A DNA stretch of 64,000 bases from an uncultured Gemmatimonadales bacterium (lineage in GTDB: Bacteria; Gemmatimonadota; Gemmatimonadetes; Gemmatimonadales; GWC2-71-9). The position numbers were made by a program, and so were the translations under genes. Each line of letters opens with the position of its first letter. The first letter of the stretch is position 1. Location: the NCBI GenBank assembly GCA_963695555.1, contig CAVOGR010000003.1, positions 21,730-85,729 on the forward strand, given 5' to 3'. Below the pieces are notes generated by a model, which had not been told where the DNA came from, did not search any database, and was given only the letters and a program-made list of their open reading frames with translations. Shown one piece after another: positions 53,076 through 63,088 of this stretch.

Positions 53076-54034
53076 GTTCCGGACCATTGGCACTGGTTGC
53101 CGACGTCGGAGGCACCAACGTGCGCTTTGCCGTCGTCGAGCCCGGCGGACAGCCGAAGCGAGTCGTCAACTTCAAGTGCAGCGAGTACCCGGACTTTTTC
53201 GCGGCCGTGGATGCCTATGTGGGGCGACTCGGATCGCGCACCCGCCCGACCAGCGCCGCCTTTGCCGTGGCCGGCCCCGTGCTCGGCGACCGCGTCCGGC
53301 TGACCAACAGTCCCTGGACCATATCGGCTCGTGCCGTGGAGCGGCGCTACGGCTTCACCGACGTGCACATGATCAACGACTTCTCCGCAATCGCCCTGGC
53401 GATCCCACGCCTCCGCCCGACCGATCGGCGGAAGATCGGCGGCGGTCGATCAGTTCAGCACGCGGCCATCGGCGTGATTGGCCCCGGGACGGGACTCGGT
53501 GTATCGGGTCTGGTGTGGACCGGTAGCCGCTATGTGCCGCTGGCATCGGAAGGCGGGAAGGTCACACTGCCGCCATTCGACGCGTTCGAGACCGAGGTCA
53601 TCGAAGTCATTCGTCGGCAGCATACCCACGTCTCAGCCGAGCGATTGCTCTCCGGCGCCGGCCTGGCCCTGCTCTATCGCACAATCGTCGAGGTGAAGGG
53701 TCTCTCAGCCCGACCGCTATCACCCCAAACCATATCGAGCCGGGCGCGGGCGGGACGATGCCCGGTGTGCCTTACGACGGTCAATACCTTTTGTGCCATG
53801 CTGGGCACTGTTGCGGCCGATCTCGCGCTCACGCTGGGCGCGCTTGGCGGGGTGTTTATTGCCGGAGGCATCGTTCCAAAATTCGGTCCGCTGTTCCAAC
53901 GGTCGCCGTTTCGGCGGCGGTTCGAGAGTAAGGGCCGATTCTCTTCGTACCTGGCGGCCATTCCCACGTGGGTCATCACCCACCGGAATCCTGGCTTGCT
54001 TGGCTTGGCCTACCTGATCGACACCCGGGGCTGA
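53072..54034 (+). CDS. glk: Glucokinase
   Basis: VADVGGTNVRFA, AVAGP, LTN, INDF, GPGTGLG, SEGG, SAERLLSG, KGRF. Confidence 0.93.
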   Translation: MSSGPLALVADVGGTNVRFAVVEPGGQPKRVVNFKCSEYPDFFAAVDAYVGRLGSRTRPTSAAFAVAGPVLGDRVRLTNSPWTISARAVERRYGFTDVHMINDFSAIALAIPRLRPTDRRKIGGGRSVQHAAIGVIGPGTGLGVSGLVWTGSRYVPLASEGGKVTLPPFDAFETEVIEVIRRQHTHVSAERLLSGAGLALLYRTIVEVKGLSARPLSPQTISSRARAGRCPVCLTTVNTFCAMLGTVAADLALTLGALGGVFIAGGIVPKFGPLFQRSPFRRRFESKGRFSSYLAAIPTWVITHRNPGLLGLAYLIDTRG

Positions 54035-54374
54035 GCCGCTTACGCCTCGGGATCGAACATTCGCCGAGCGGCGGCTTCCGCCTTGACTACGAGCGCTACC
54101 ATCGATGCGGCCCGTCGCGGCCGCACCCCTTCCTGAATCAACATCTTCCGCGCCTCGTCCGGACTCTTCCCGCCTTCAGCAGTTCGCGAACCCGGAGCGT
54201 CAGCACGCGCGTCTCGGCTCCACCCGCCCCACCGCCCCAAACATTCGGTCCCAGATCGCCATGTCGCGTTCCCCGATACGGGAGTGATCGCCACAAGCTG
54301 AGTGAATCCCCGAACAGACGCAATCCGTCGGGGCATTGTGGAGTATATTTGCCCAGTCCCGAGCGGGAGCACGC

Positions 54375-54678
54375 GTGGAAGGCAGCTACCAGACGGCGGA
54401 TCTCCTCGTCACCGGCGTCATCGTCGCTGCATTCTTCGGATCGATCGCCACCATGTGGGCGTGGACCCAGGGCGCGTGTCGTGTGGCCCTGGACGAAAGC
54501 CAGGCCGCGTGTTGGCCCCGAGGACCTCGCCCAGCTCACCGAGGCGGTGGAGGAGCTTCACGCACGCCTCGAAGGAGTCCACGAAGACCTCGTCTCCATG
54601 CACGAGCGCCTGGAGCGGGCCGAACGCTTGCTGGCACGACCGGCAGAATCGAAGCAGCCCACGCCTCCGGCCCCCTAG
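54375..54678 (+). CDS. Small TM + coiled-coil protein (frameshifted), paralog 1
   Basis: TM LLVTGVIVAAFFGSIATMWAW; C-terminal MHERLERAERLL. Confidence 0.6.
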
Positions 54679-54731
54679 ACGAGCGGGGGAATCCCAGTAA
54701 CCTTCTGGCGACGCAACAATCGGAGCCGAGC

Positions 54732-55013
54732 GTGGAGCCCTATCAAATCCAGTCCATCGTTGAGAGTCTGATCGTTGCGGGTGGCATGCTCACCGGACTC
54801 GGAATCCTGTCATGGACCTGGGTCAAAACCCGCGCGGCCAAGTATGGCGGGGTAGAAACGGCCAAGCTCGCCGAGTCGGTCGGGCTGCTGCACGATCGGA
54901 TGGACAATCTGCAGGAGGAATTGGGCTACGTGCACGAGCGGCTGGACTTCGCCGAACGGGTGCTGACCCGCATCGCCGATGACGGGGCGCCCCGGGAGCT
55001 TCCCAAACACTAG
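54732..55013 (+). CDS. Small TM + coiled-coil protein, paralog 2
   Basis: TM then VHERLDFAERVL. Confidence 0.7.
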   Translation: MEPYQIQSIVESLIVAGGMLTGLGILSWTWVKTRAAKYGGVETAKLAESVGLLHDRMDNLQEELGYVHERLDFAERVLTRIADDGAPRELPKH

Positions 55014-55014
55014 G

Positions 55015-55713
55015 CTAGGTCCGCTCGACCACCCAACCGCCGAACACGAGCGCGCGGTAGAATTGAGCGGGGTTTCGGAACCCTGCCTCGGCCAAGAGTT
55101 CGATCACGCGTTCCTCCGGTACGAAGTGAACCCCATCGTCAACCTGTTGCCGATACCGTTGCTCTCCCTCTGCCGTCACGCCGTGCGAACGGGCATAGCG
55201 CATCCACGCATCCATCAAGCGAGTGAAGCCGGGTGTCTTTTTCGCGCCGTATGCATCGACCATAACGAGCGTTCCCCTCTGGACGACACGCCGCGCGATT
55301 TCCTGCAGCAGCTCACGCTTCGCTCCATCATCAGGCTGAAAGTGGAGCACCAACAACAGCGACGCCGCGTCGAACGGCTCGGTTGCCGGTAATTCCGCGA
55401 GCGGGGACTGAACGAATTCGACTCGCCCATCCAAGCCGTGTCGGGACATACGCGCCTTGGCCTGCGAGATCATGGCACTGGACGGCTCGACGGCGGTGAA
55501 CCGCCATTCCGGCTCGGCGGCGGCGTATGCCGCCAGCTCGTTGCCGGTCCCCGCCCCCACGACCAGGACCCGCGCCTTCGGTCCTACGCGCATGCGGAGG
55601 GCGGCGTGGGCCAGGAGCATGAGGTCGTCGTACCCGGGAACGACTCTGCGGATTACCCGCTCGTAGCGCGCCGCATAGTCGCCATCGAAGTCGAAGCCCG
55701 GCCGATCGCGCAC
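55015..55713 (-). CDS. Class I SAM-dependent methyltransferase
   Basis: VVPGYD, VLVVGAGTG, VEPS..M, LLVLHF. Confidence 0.85.
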   Translation of the reverse strand: MRDRPGFDFDGDYAARYERVIRRVVPGYDDLMLLAHAALRMRVGPKARVLVVGAGTGNELAAYAAAEPEWRFTAVEPSSAMISQAKARMSRHGLDGRVEFVQSPLAELPATEPFDAASLLLVLHFQPDDGAKRELLQEIARRVVQRGTLVMVDAYGAKKTPGFTRLMDAWMRYARSHGVTAEGEQRYRQQVDDGVHFVPEERVIELLAEAGFRNPAQFYRALVFGGWVVERT

Positions 55714-55715
55714 GC

Positions 55716-56381
55716 TCAGGCTCGAGTGCGGTCCATGGCTTCCCGCACGCGGCGGGCGGCCTGCTCCACGGATTCGAGGGTGTAGCCCGGCGGAAAGACC
55801 TCGCCGCCGACCCCGACGGCAACGGCCCCTGCCGCCACGTAGTCAGCGATGCTCTCGGATGTCGGCCCGCTGGTGGGAATGAGCGGGATGTCGGGCAGCG
55901 GACCGCGGACGGCACGGAGGAAGGCCGGGCCTCCCAACGGACCCGCCGGAAAGATCTTGACCACGGAGGCGCCGGCGCGGAACGCTGCCAAGACCTCCGT
56001 GGGTGTCGCGGCACCAGGGATGGCAAGCAGTCCGACACGGCGAGCCTCCTCGAACACTTCCGGGTCGAATACCGGCGACAGCACGAATCGGCCGCCCGCC
56101 CGGGCCACGCTCCGGACGGCCTGACGGTTCAGGACCGTTCCCGCCCCGACCAACAGATCTTCTCGTGGAGCCAGGGTCTGAATGACGTGGAGGGCGTTCG
56201 GGGTGGTGAGCGTCACCTCGAACGTGCGGAGGCCGCCGCGTGCTGCTGCCTGGCAGCATTCGAGCACGGGATCGTCCTCGCCCAAGCGGATGCAGAGTAT
56301 GACCCCGTCGCGGAGCAGCCGGTCGCGGGTGTGTCCGATCCGCTCGGCGGGGTCGCCCACCGGGCGCGTCACCTCACTCAT
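55716..56381 (-). CDS. eda: KHG/KDPG aldolase
   Basis: EVTLTTP, VGAGTVL, PGAATPTE, VKIFPA. Confidence 0.88.
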   Translation of the reverse strand: MSEVTRPVGDPAERIGHTRDRLLRDGVILCIRLGEDDPVLECCQAAARGGLRTFEVTLTTPNALHVIQTLAPREDLLVGAGTVLNRQAVRSVARAGGRFVLSPVFDPEVFEEARRVGLLAIPGAATPTEVLAAFRAGASVVKIFPAGPLGGPAFLRAVRGPLPDIPLIPTSGPTSESIADYVAAGAVAVGVGGEVFPPGYTLESVEQAARRVREAMDRTRA

Positions 56382-56437
56382 GGAAGTCGCCACCAATCCC
56401 TCCCGTTGGTGAACAGCAGGCCCGCTGCCTCCACCGG

Positions 56438-56761
56438 TTAGTGCTTCCGCCGCAACTTCACGGCCGTTCCGTAGGCGAGCAGTTCCGACGCGCCCTGCAT
56501 GACCGCGGCGGTGGTGAACCGGACGGCGACAATCGCGTCGGCCCTGAGTTCTTCCGCCCGGGCAACCATCCGGTCGATGGCCTGCTCGCGAGATTCCGCC
56601 AGCATCTTGGTGTACTCGGTGATCTCACCCCCGACCACGTTCCTGAGCCCTGCGAGGATGTCCTTCCCGATGTGGCGGGCGCGGATGGTGTTGCCGCGCA
56701 CCAGACCCAATGTCTCGACGACCTCATACTCCTCTGGTACGTCCTGTGTCGTGATCAGCAT
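56438..56761 (-). CDS. YbjQ (UPF0145) family protein
   Basis: GLVRG, VGGEITEY, AYGTAV. Confidence 0.92.
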   Translation of the reverse strand: MLITTQDVPEEYEVVETLGLVRGNTIRARHIGKDILAGLRNVVGGEITEYTKMLAESREQAIDRMVARAEELRADAIVAVRFTTAAVMQGASELLAYGTAVKLRRKH

Positions 56762-56770
56762 ACGGCCCTC

Positions 56771-56974
56771 TTACTGGTCAACGTTCTTGGAATAGTAGTC
56801 GTCTTCCTTGCTTGCCAGGCGGTCCAGCACCACCTTGACGAGAAGAAGGCCGATGGCGATGACAACTGCGACGGCTGCCCAGTCGTAGGGGAACCCGGCG
56901 ATCATGCCGCGAACGAATTCCACGAACCAATACACCGCAACGGCCAAGAGAATGGCGTACCCTAGCTTTTCCAT
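56771..56974 (-). CDS. Small two-TM membrane protein
   Basis: MEKLGYAILL..KVVLDRL..EDDYYSKNVDQ; directly upstream of ybjQ. Confidence 0.7.
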   Translation of the reverse strand: MEKLGYAILLAVAVYWFVEFVRGMIAGFPYDWAAVAVVIAIGLLLVKVVLDRLASKEDDYYSKNVDQ

Positions 56975-57092
56975 GGTGGCTTCCCCCGGAGACACTGCGC
57001 CGTGAATCGAGCGCCGGCGCGCGCACACGTGTACCGCAAAGCTAATATCGAAACGGTCGGGTGGTGAGCCCGCCGCCCGAGGAGGGGTGCCC

Positions 57093-57902
57093 ATGCCTGG
57101 CTTTGTCTGTGTCACCTGCGGGGTGGAGTACCCCGAGAGCACTACTCCCCCCACCTACTGCGTCATTTGCGAGGATGAGCGGCAGTTCGTCGGCTGGGAA
57201 GGCCAAGCGTGGACCACGCTGGACGCGATGCGTGGCCGCTACCGAAACCGCTTCGACAGCATGGAGCCCGGCCTCACCCGGATAGGCACAGAGCCAACAT
57301 TCGGTATCGGTCAGCAAGCCTTTTTGGTCGAGAGTCCCGAGGGAAATGTCTTGTGGGATTGCATCACCCTCCTCGACCTGGAGACGATCGCGCAGGTCCA
57401 AGAGCGTGGCGGACTCCGCGCCATCGCCATCTCGCACCCGCACTACTACTCCAGCATGGTCGAATGGAGCCGGGCCTTCAATGACGTTCCCATCTATGTG
57501 CATGCGGCCGACCGGCAATGGGTGGTGCGGCCCGACCCCGCGATAGTCTTCTGGGAAGGCGAAACCCAGGTTTTGGCCAACGGGCTGACACTCATTCGCG
57601 GCGGCGGCCACTTCGAGGGCGGGGCGATGCTGCATTGGGCGGCCGGCGCCGACGGCCGTGGCGTGCTCCTGCCCGGAGACATCATCCAAGTGGTGCACGA
57701 TCGGGGCTGGGTGAGTTTCATGTACAGCTACGTGAACCTGATCCCGCTCCCAGCCAAAGCGGTGCAGCGGGTGGCCCGATCGGTGGCTCGATTCCCCTTC
57801 GAGCGCATCTATAGCCCATGGACCGGCCGGGTGGTGATGGCCGACGGCAGTGCCGTCGTTCGTCGCTCGGCGGAGCGCTATCTCAAGGCGTTAGATTCCT
57901 GA
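57093..57902 (+). CDS. MBL-fold metallo-hydrolase
   Basis: CVTCG..CVICEDERQ, ISHPHYY, GGHF.G, GDI, SFMYSY. Confidence 0.88.
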   Translation: MPGFVCVTCGVEYPESTTPPTYCVICEDERQFVGWEGQAWTTLDAMRGRYRNRFDSMEPGLTRIGTEPTFGIGQQAFLVESPEGNVLWDCITLLDLETIAQVQERGGLRAIAISHPHYYSSMVEWSRAFNDVPIYVHAADRQWVVRPDPAIVFWEGETQVLANGLTLIRGGGHFEGGAMLHWAAGADGRGVLLPGDIIQVVHDRGWVSFMYSYVNLIPLPAKAVQRVARSVARFPFERIYSPWTGRVVMADGSAVVRRSAERYLKALDS

Positions 57903-57914
57903 CTCTCCCCCGCC

Positions 57915-60791
57915 TCAGTCCCGCGCCAATCCCGGGTGTTCCTCCGGCTGCGGATCGGGCAAGTCGTTCCAGTTGAGGATCGCGTTGTACAGGTAGTTGT
58001 GGTCCGCGTGGTTCAAGTATCGGTGCACCGGATTGAAACTGTACAACAGAACCCGACCTCCAGCATGCCGAGGAACGTCGAGCACCACGGCCCTCCGCTC
58101 GAGCGCTGACGCTCCCTTGACGAGCCCGGCAATGAGCAGCTCGTTCGGCACCGCATCGGCGCCGCCATTCTCATCCTTGCCCTTCTCCGCTTTCTCCTTG
58201 GTGCCGTACTGGACGACGATCCAGTGTTCGTACTGCTGGGCAACGGTGTAAACCGGTCCGTTGGTACGGAATACCGGATGCACGTCCTCGAAACCATAGG
58301 CGATCGGATGGTCTCGCCGCCGCACCTTCGCCCGGAGGCTCGAGCCGGGCGTGTTGATGTTCTCCGACGTGAGCGTGCCGACGTTCTGCAGCAGGCCGAA
58401 ATCGGTGGCGAGCCGGCCGGCGGAGCCAAGGAGGATCAGGGTACCGCCGCCATCCAGAAACTGTTCCAGGTTACTGAGCCCACCAAACCCAATACCCCCC
58501 GTGATATCGGGACTCGAGTCGATGACCCCGTGGCTCGAGAAGCCGCTCTCGCGGGTGTAGGGCATGGGACCGAACCTGCGGGCGAGGCCGTGCACCAAAC
58601 GCTTGGCCGAGGACCCTCCCTGATGCGCCATGAGAATGACGTCGTACCGTTCCCTGAGACCCCCTGCCTTGATATGGTCGTCGTTGATGTAGTCGTAGGG
58701 TACTCCGGCTCGTTCGAGGGTGTACCGGGTCCACCCATCCGCCTGCGTACTCACCCAATTGTGATAGAGGGCAAGCCGGGGCAGGTCCAACGAATGGGTT
58801 TCAACCTCGGGCCGCTTGGTGAGTGGGTGGAAGTCGAGACCGAGTTCGGTTGCGAGGCGCTCGAGTACCGGCCGAAGGTCCTCCTGCTGGGGTAGGATCC
58901 AGCTGCCGCGAGGGAAGGTCTCCTTCCCCATGGTGAACGGCTCTTCTGTGGCCAGCACCTCAAAGTCTCGAAGTGCTACGCGCGCCGTGATGAGACCGTT
59001 CTGCCCGGTGTTTTCGAGAACAAAACCGGCCCTCCCACCGGCGACCCCGCCGCTGGGACGGACCTCCTCGCTTACCGGCGTGAGCTCCCGGAGCCCAAAA
59101 ATCGCGCTGTCACTAACGGGCACTGTCTCGACCCCGTACAGAAGTCCCAAGGACCATGAGACATCGTCGTAGGGCTGCTGATCGGCGTCGGCGGGGAATT
59201 GCTGTATCGCGAGCAGGTTACGGGCAAACCGGCCGTACGGCTGGTCGAGCTTCACCACGAAGTCGCCTTTCGCATGCTCCTTCCCGTCGAGCGTGAAGGC
59301 TCGCCCGGCCTGGTGGACCTCGATACCGTGGCGGCGAAGCTGGTTGACCAGATACGCTAGTCGGGCACGGTCGCGCTGCTGGCCGGGAATCACCCAGCCA
59401 TACGGCGCCGTCCGCCCGCCCTCCACGATGCTGTTCGCGCCTTTCTTCCAGAAATTGTACAGCAGCGTCGGGCCGTTGCGCGCGGCGAGGGTGAGCGACG
59501 CGAGAACCCCCGACTGCATGTAGTTGGTGTTGTTGCGGAGCGACCAGACGATCTCATCATCGGGAGGATTGGCCCGGTACCACTGCTGGCTGGTGACCTT
59601 CTTTCCCGCGTAGGTGGCATCCGACAGATCGCGCTTCATGGTGCGCGCGGAGCTGTTGCCGAAGGTCTCGTAGAAGCGCCCCAGGGAATTGTGGTTGTTC
59701 GCGATCCACAACAGATAGCTCGGGTTCCACCCAGTGTAGAATCCCCACGTCCATACCCCGGGAAGCCCCTGCTTATTGAGCTCGGTGACCTCCCAGCTGG
59801 CGATCCACTGCCACTCGCTGGTGAGCACGGGGTCGAGGGTGGTGTTATAGGGACCGGTCCCCGTCGACACGTAGAGAAGCGGCACCGATTCGTGGAGATC
59901 GAGCGAGTACGTCGGATGCCATTCGAAGAACATATCGTAGAAGTTCTGCGTCAGCTTCTGGGTAACCTGGATCCCATCCCGGTTATTGTCGTGGAAGACA
60001 TACTTCCCCCAGTACGGCGGGCTCCCTGTCGGCCGATAGTAGCGGTTGTCGTATTCCGTCAGGTATCGGTAGTACCAGTCGACCTGGCGGGCACGACCGT
60101 CGACCTCCAGAATGGGCGTTATCAGAGTGATCACGTTCTGGCGGATCGCCTGAATATCTGGATGGTTGGAGACCGCTAAGCGGTAGGCGAGCTCCATGAC
60201 CATCTCGGACGGTCCCGTCTCGCTGGAGTGGAGCCCGGCGGTGAGGTAGACGATCGGCTTGGCCGCGGCCGCGATCTCGACGGCCCGGACCTCATCGGTG
60301 GCCCGGGGATCGGCCAGCGCGGCGGTGTGCGCCTTGAGTTGATCGATCCGGCTGAGGTTCGCCTCGTCGCTGATGACCACAAGGTGCATCGTCCGTCCTT
60401 CTTCGGTCCTGCCTATCTCGTGCAGTTCCACTCGAGGCGAGGCGTCCGCCAAGGCCTGGAAGTACCGAATCTCATCCTCGGGCCTGGTGAGCTTCCCCTC
60501 GGCGCCCACGACATATCCCAGTACTTCATGCGGCGCAGGGACGCTCTCATCCGCCGGCAGATAGCTCACCAAAGGCGTCAGATAGCGGGGGTCGGTCGTG
60601 TGCTTGTGGATCTCGGCGGTCGCCGCCTCATCGACTACATCCCAGCGTGCCGCCGCCCGCCAGGCGGCCTCGGGACCTGTAGCCTCTTCCTGCCCTTCGA
60701 GCGACTCGACCCCGAAGGAGCCTGCTCCGATCAACCCCAGAAACACGGCTACCACAACGAGGCTTCCACCTGAGCCAGCACGTCGCTGCAT
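57915..60791 (-). CDS. M14 family zinc carboxypeptidase, secreted
   Basis: GRTEEGR, LHSSE, HDNNRD, DLHE; C-terminal glutamine amidotransferase-like region. Confidence 0.85.
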   Translation of the reverse strand: MQRRAGSGGSLVVVAVFLGLIGAGSFGVESLEGQEEATGPEAAWRAAARWDVVDEAATAEIHKHTTDPRYLTPLVSYLPADESVPAPHEVLGYVVGAEGKLTRPEDEIRYFQALADASPRVELHEIGRTEEGRTMHLVVISDEANLSRIDQLKAHTAALADPRATDEVRAVEIAAAAKPIVYLTAGLHSSETGPSEMVMELAYRLAVSNHPDIQAIRQNVITLITPILEVDGRARQVDWYYRYLTEYDNRYYRPTGSPPYWGKYVFHDNNRDGIQVTQKLTQNFYDMFFEWHPTYSLDLHESVPLLYVSTGTGPYNTTLDPVLTSEWQWIASWEVTELNKQGLPGVWTWGFYTGWNPSYLLWIANNHNSLGRFYETFGNSSARTMKRDLSDATYAGKKVTSQQWYRANPPDDEIVWSLRNNTNYMQSGVLASLTLAARNGPTLLYNFWKKGANSIVEGGRTAPYGWVIPGQQRDRARLAYLVNQLRRHGIEVHQAGRAFTLDGKEHAKGDFVVKLDQPYGRFARNLLAIQQFPADADQQPYDDVSWSLGLLYGVETVPVSDSAIFGLRELTPVSEEVRPSGGVAGGRAGFVLENTGQNGLITARVALRDFEVLATEEPFTMGKETFPRGSWILPQQEDLRPVLERLATELGLDFHPLTKRPEVETHSLDLPRLALYHNWVSTQADGWTRYTLERAGVPYDYINDDHIKAGGLRERYDVILMAHQGGSSAKRLVHGLARRFGPMPYTRESGFSSHGVIDSSPDITGGIGFGGLSNLEQFLDGGGTLILLGSAGRLATDFGLLQNVGTLTSENINTPGSSLRAKVRRRDHPIAYGFEDVHPVFRTNGPVYTVAQQYEHWIVVQYGTKEKAEKGKDENGGADAVPNELLIAGLVKGASALERRAVVLDVPRHAGGRVLLYSFNPVHRYLNHADHNYLYNAILNWNDLPDPQPEEHPGLARD

Positions 60792-60901
60792 CGTTCTCTC
60801 CTCCCGCCTAGTGAACCATCGTGCGCATCATGAGCCGGGCTTTCGATCGTCCAGCCAATTCCATCAACCCGCAGTGACCAGGATGCCTGTATCGACGGTG
60901 T

Positions 60902-62140
60902 TCAGATAGCGACCGCGCCGCGCGAGCCTGGCGCAGACACCCGGTCGACGACGGTCCGCGCGATCGCCAATGACGCCGTTGCAGCCGGTGACGGCGCATT
61001 GCAGACGTGGAGCGCGTTGGGCGCCTCGACCAGCAGGAAATCATCGACCAGCCTTCCATCCGGCCGAAGCGCCTGGGCACGCACCCCGGATGGGCACGGC
61101 ACAAGGTCCTCGGCGGTCACGTCGGGGATCATGGCTTGTAGGCTCCGGACGAACGCCTTCTTGCTGACAGACCGGACCATCTCGCCGACACCGGTACTCC
61201 AATGGCGGGCGGCCAGCTTCCAGAACCCCCGATAGGTGAGTACCTCGGCGAGATCCTTCAGGTCGATGTCGGTCTTCCGGTAGCCCTCTCGCTTGAATGC
61301 CAGGACCGCGTTCGGTCCGGCGTGGACCACCCCGTGGATCGAGCGGGCGAAGTGGACGCCGAGGAAGGGGAAGTTCGGATCGGGAACCGGATAGACCAGG
61401 TGGTTCACCAGATGGCGACGATCGGGCTTGATCTCGAAGTACTCGCCCCGGAACGGGACGATGCGAGCGCCGGGATCGGCTCCGCCCATGATCGCGACCC
61501 GGTCGCTCTCGAGTCCCGCGCAGTTGATCAAATAGCGGCAGGCCACGTCGCCATGGGCCAGGCCCAGCCGATACCCGCCCGTAACGGGTAGGATCGACTC
61601 GACCTCGCTCCCGAGGCGCGCCTCGACGCCGCTCTTCTCCGCGAGCTGGACGTACATGTCGCAGACCTGGGCAAAGTCGACGATGCCGGCGCTCGGCACC
61701 GCCACCGCCGCCAGGCAACGCACGTGCGGCTCCACCTCACGCGCCTCGTCGGCGCCGACGCGCCGTACCGCTAAACCGTTAGCAAGTCCACGCGCGACTA
61801 GCCCATCGAGCGCGGGTAGCTCGCGCTCATGAGTCGCGACGATCAACTTTCCGGTGCGCTCGCACGCGATACCGTGTTGCTCACAGAACGCGACCAGCGA
61901 GTCGCCGCCGGCGCGACACAGTTTTGCCTTGAGGCTTCCGGCCGGATAGTAGATCCCCGAGTGGATCACCCCGCTGTTCCGCCCGGTCTGGTGACGGCCC
62001 CAACCAGTTTCCTTCTCGATGAGCACACAATCCACGCCGGGATAGCGCTCGCTCAGGGTCAGGGCCACGGCGGCACCCACGATGCCACCCCCAATAATCG
62101 CGTAGTCGTGCATACCCGCCTGGGCGTTCGTCACCGACAT
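60902..62140 (-). CDS. lhgO: L-2-hydroxyglutarate oxidase
   Basis: IIGGGIVG, HQTGRNSGVIHSGIYY, PFRGEY, PFLGVH, NAPSPAATAS. Confidence 0.9.
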   Translation of the reverse strand: MSVTNAQAGMHDYAIIGGGIVGAAVALTLSERYPGVDCVLIEKETGWGRHQTGRNSGVIHSGIYYPAGSLKAKLCRAGGDSLVAFCEQHGIACERTGKLIVATHERELPALDGLVARGLANGLAVRRVGADEAREVEPHVRCLAAVAVPSAGIVDFAQVCDMYVQLAEKSGVEARLGSEVESILPVTGGYRLGLAHGDVACRYLINCAGLESDRVAIMGGADPGARIVPFRGEYFEIKPDRRHLVNHLVYPVPDPNFPFLGVHFARSIHGVVHAGPNAVLAFKREGYRKTDIDLKDLAEVLTYRGFWKLAARHWSTGVGEMVRSVSKKAFVRSLQAMIPDVTAEDLVPCPSGVRAQALRPDGRLVDDFLLVEAPNALHVCNAPSPAATASLAIARTVVDRVSAPGSRGAVAI

Positions 62141-62895
62141 GAACCCCCGTCCACACGGCCGACCAGGAGAAAGAGCTGCCACCGGATGACCCGGACATAC
62201 GCGGCCGGCTCCCACAGGGGAAGGAGTTGTTGCTCGAGGCCCGCGACGAGGTCGGTGCCCGTGGCCGCTTTGCCCCGCACCACCGCCGACCATGTCCCGA
62301 CGTAGCTCAGCAACTGCTCGAGGCTCCACTCGGCACGGGCCTCGAAGCTAGGAGCGGGCAAGCGCTCGAACGGAAACGGGATGGTCTGGTAGTGCCGGTC
62401 GACGTAGCGACGCTCGGGCGGCCAATAGGAGGCCAGCGTGTTGGTGGAAAAGTCACGCACCACCTCGTCAATGGCCGGATCGATGGACGGCGGATCGTAG
62501 GTCCACGCCGCGAGCAGTGCGCCGGCCCTGGACACACGCGTGACCTCCCGATAGAAGGCGTCGAGATCGAGCCAGTGGAGCGCCGCGGCAATGGTAGTGA
62601 GATCGATCGACGCCGGAGCCAACGGCGAGTGTTCGGACGCGGCCACCATGTAGCGCACACCCGGGTGGGGCTTCGCGTTGGCAATCTGGTTCCTGCTCGC
62701 GTCGGTGGCGATCACGGTCGCGAACTGCACGGCCAACCCTGTGGCAGCCTGACCATTACCGGTGGCGGTGTCCCACGCCCGCTCCTGCCGAGGGCACACG
62801 GAGGCTAAGTACCGAAACAATTCCTCCGGATAGCCGGGCCGATGGCTGGCGTAGGCCGCCGCCTGCTGCGAGAAGTGGTCTCGGAATACCGCCAC
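62131..62895 (-). CDS. Class I SAM-dependent methyltransferase
   Basis: FRDHFS..YASHRPGYP, WDTATGNGQA, ALHW. Confidence 0.88.
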   Translation of the reverse strand: MAVFRDHFSQQAAAYASHRPGYPEELFRYLASVCPRQERAWDTATGNGQAATGLAVQFATVIATDASRNQIANAKPHPGVRYMVAASEHSPLAPASIDLTTIAAALHWLDLDAFYREVTRVSRAGALLAAWTYDPPSIDPAIDEVVRDFSTNTLASYWPPERRYVDRHYQTIPFPFERLPAPSFEARAEWSLEQLLSYVGTWSAVVRGKAATGTDLVAGLEQQLLPLWEPAAYVRVIRWQLFLLVGRVDGGSCR

Positions 62896-63088
62896 ATGTC
62901 TCCCAGACGTCAAAGGAGCCTGAAGCATCACTACGCCGCCTGAGCGAAACAAGCGGCGGCTGGGACGCCCCAAGTCCATCTCTTCCCTCCCCCTCGAGGG
63001 CAAACGATCTTACGACTTCGCGTGTTTCGCCCGGTCCTCCGAGCGTCCTACGCATTCTCAGCCCTCCGTTCCACGACCAGGACCACGC

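Noticed and set aside
52193..54034. 613-aa ORF upstream-extending glk
   Set aside because: The N-terminal half is an alternative frame of otsB; glk starts at GTG 53072 with an AGGAG RBS.
62900..63000. Riboswitch (fluoride-like) upstream of the methyltransferase
   Set aside because: Only a GAGATGG resemblance and one hairpin; the pseudoknot pairing was not found.
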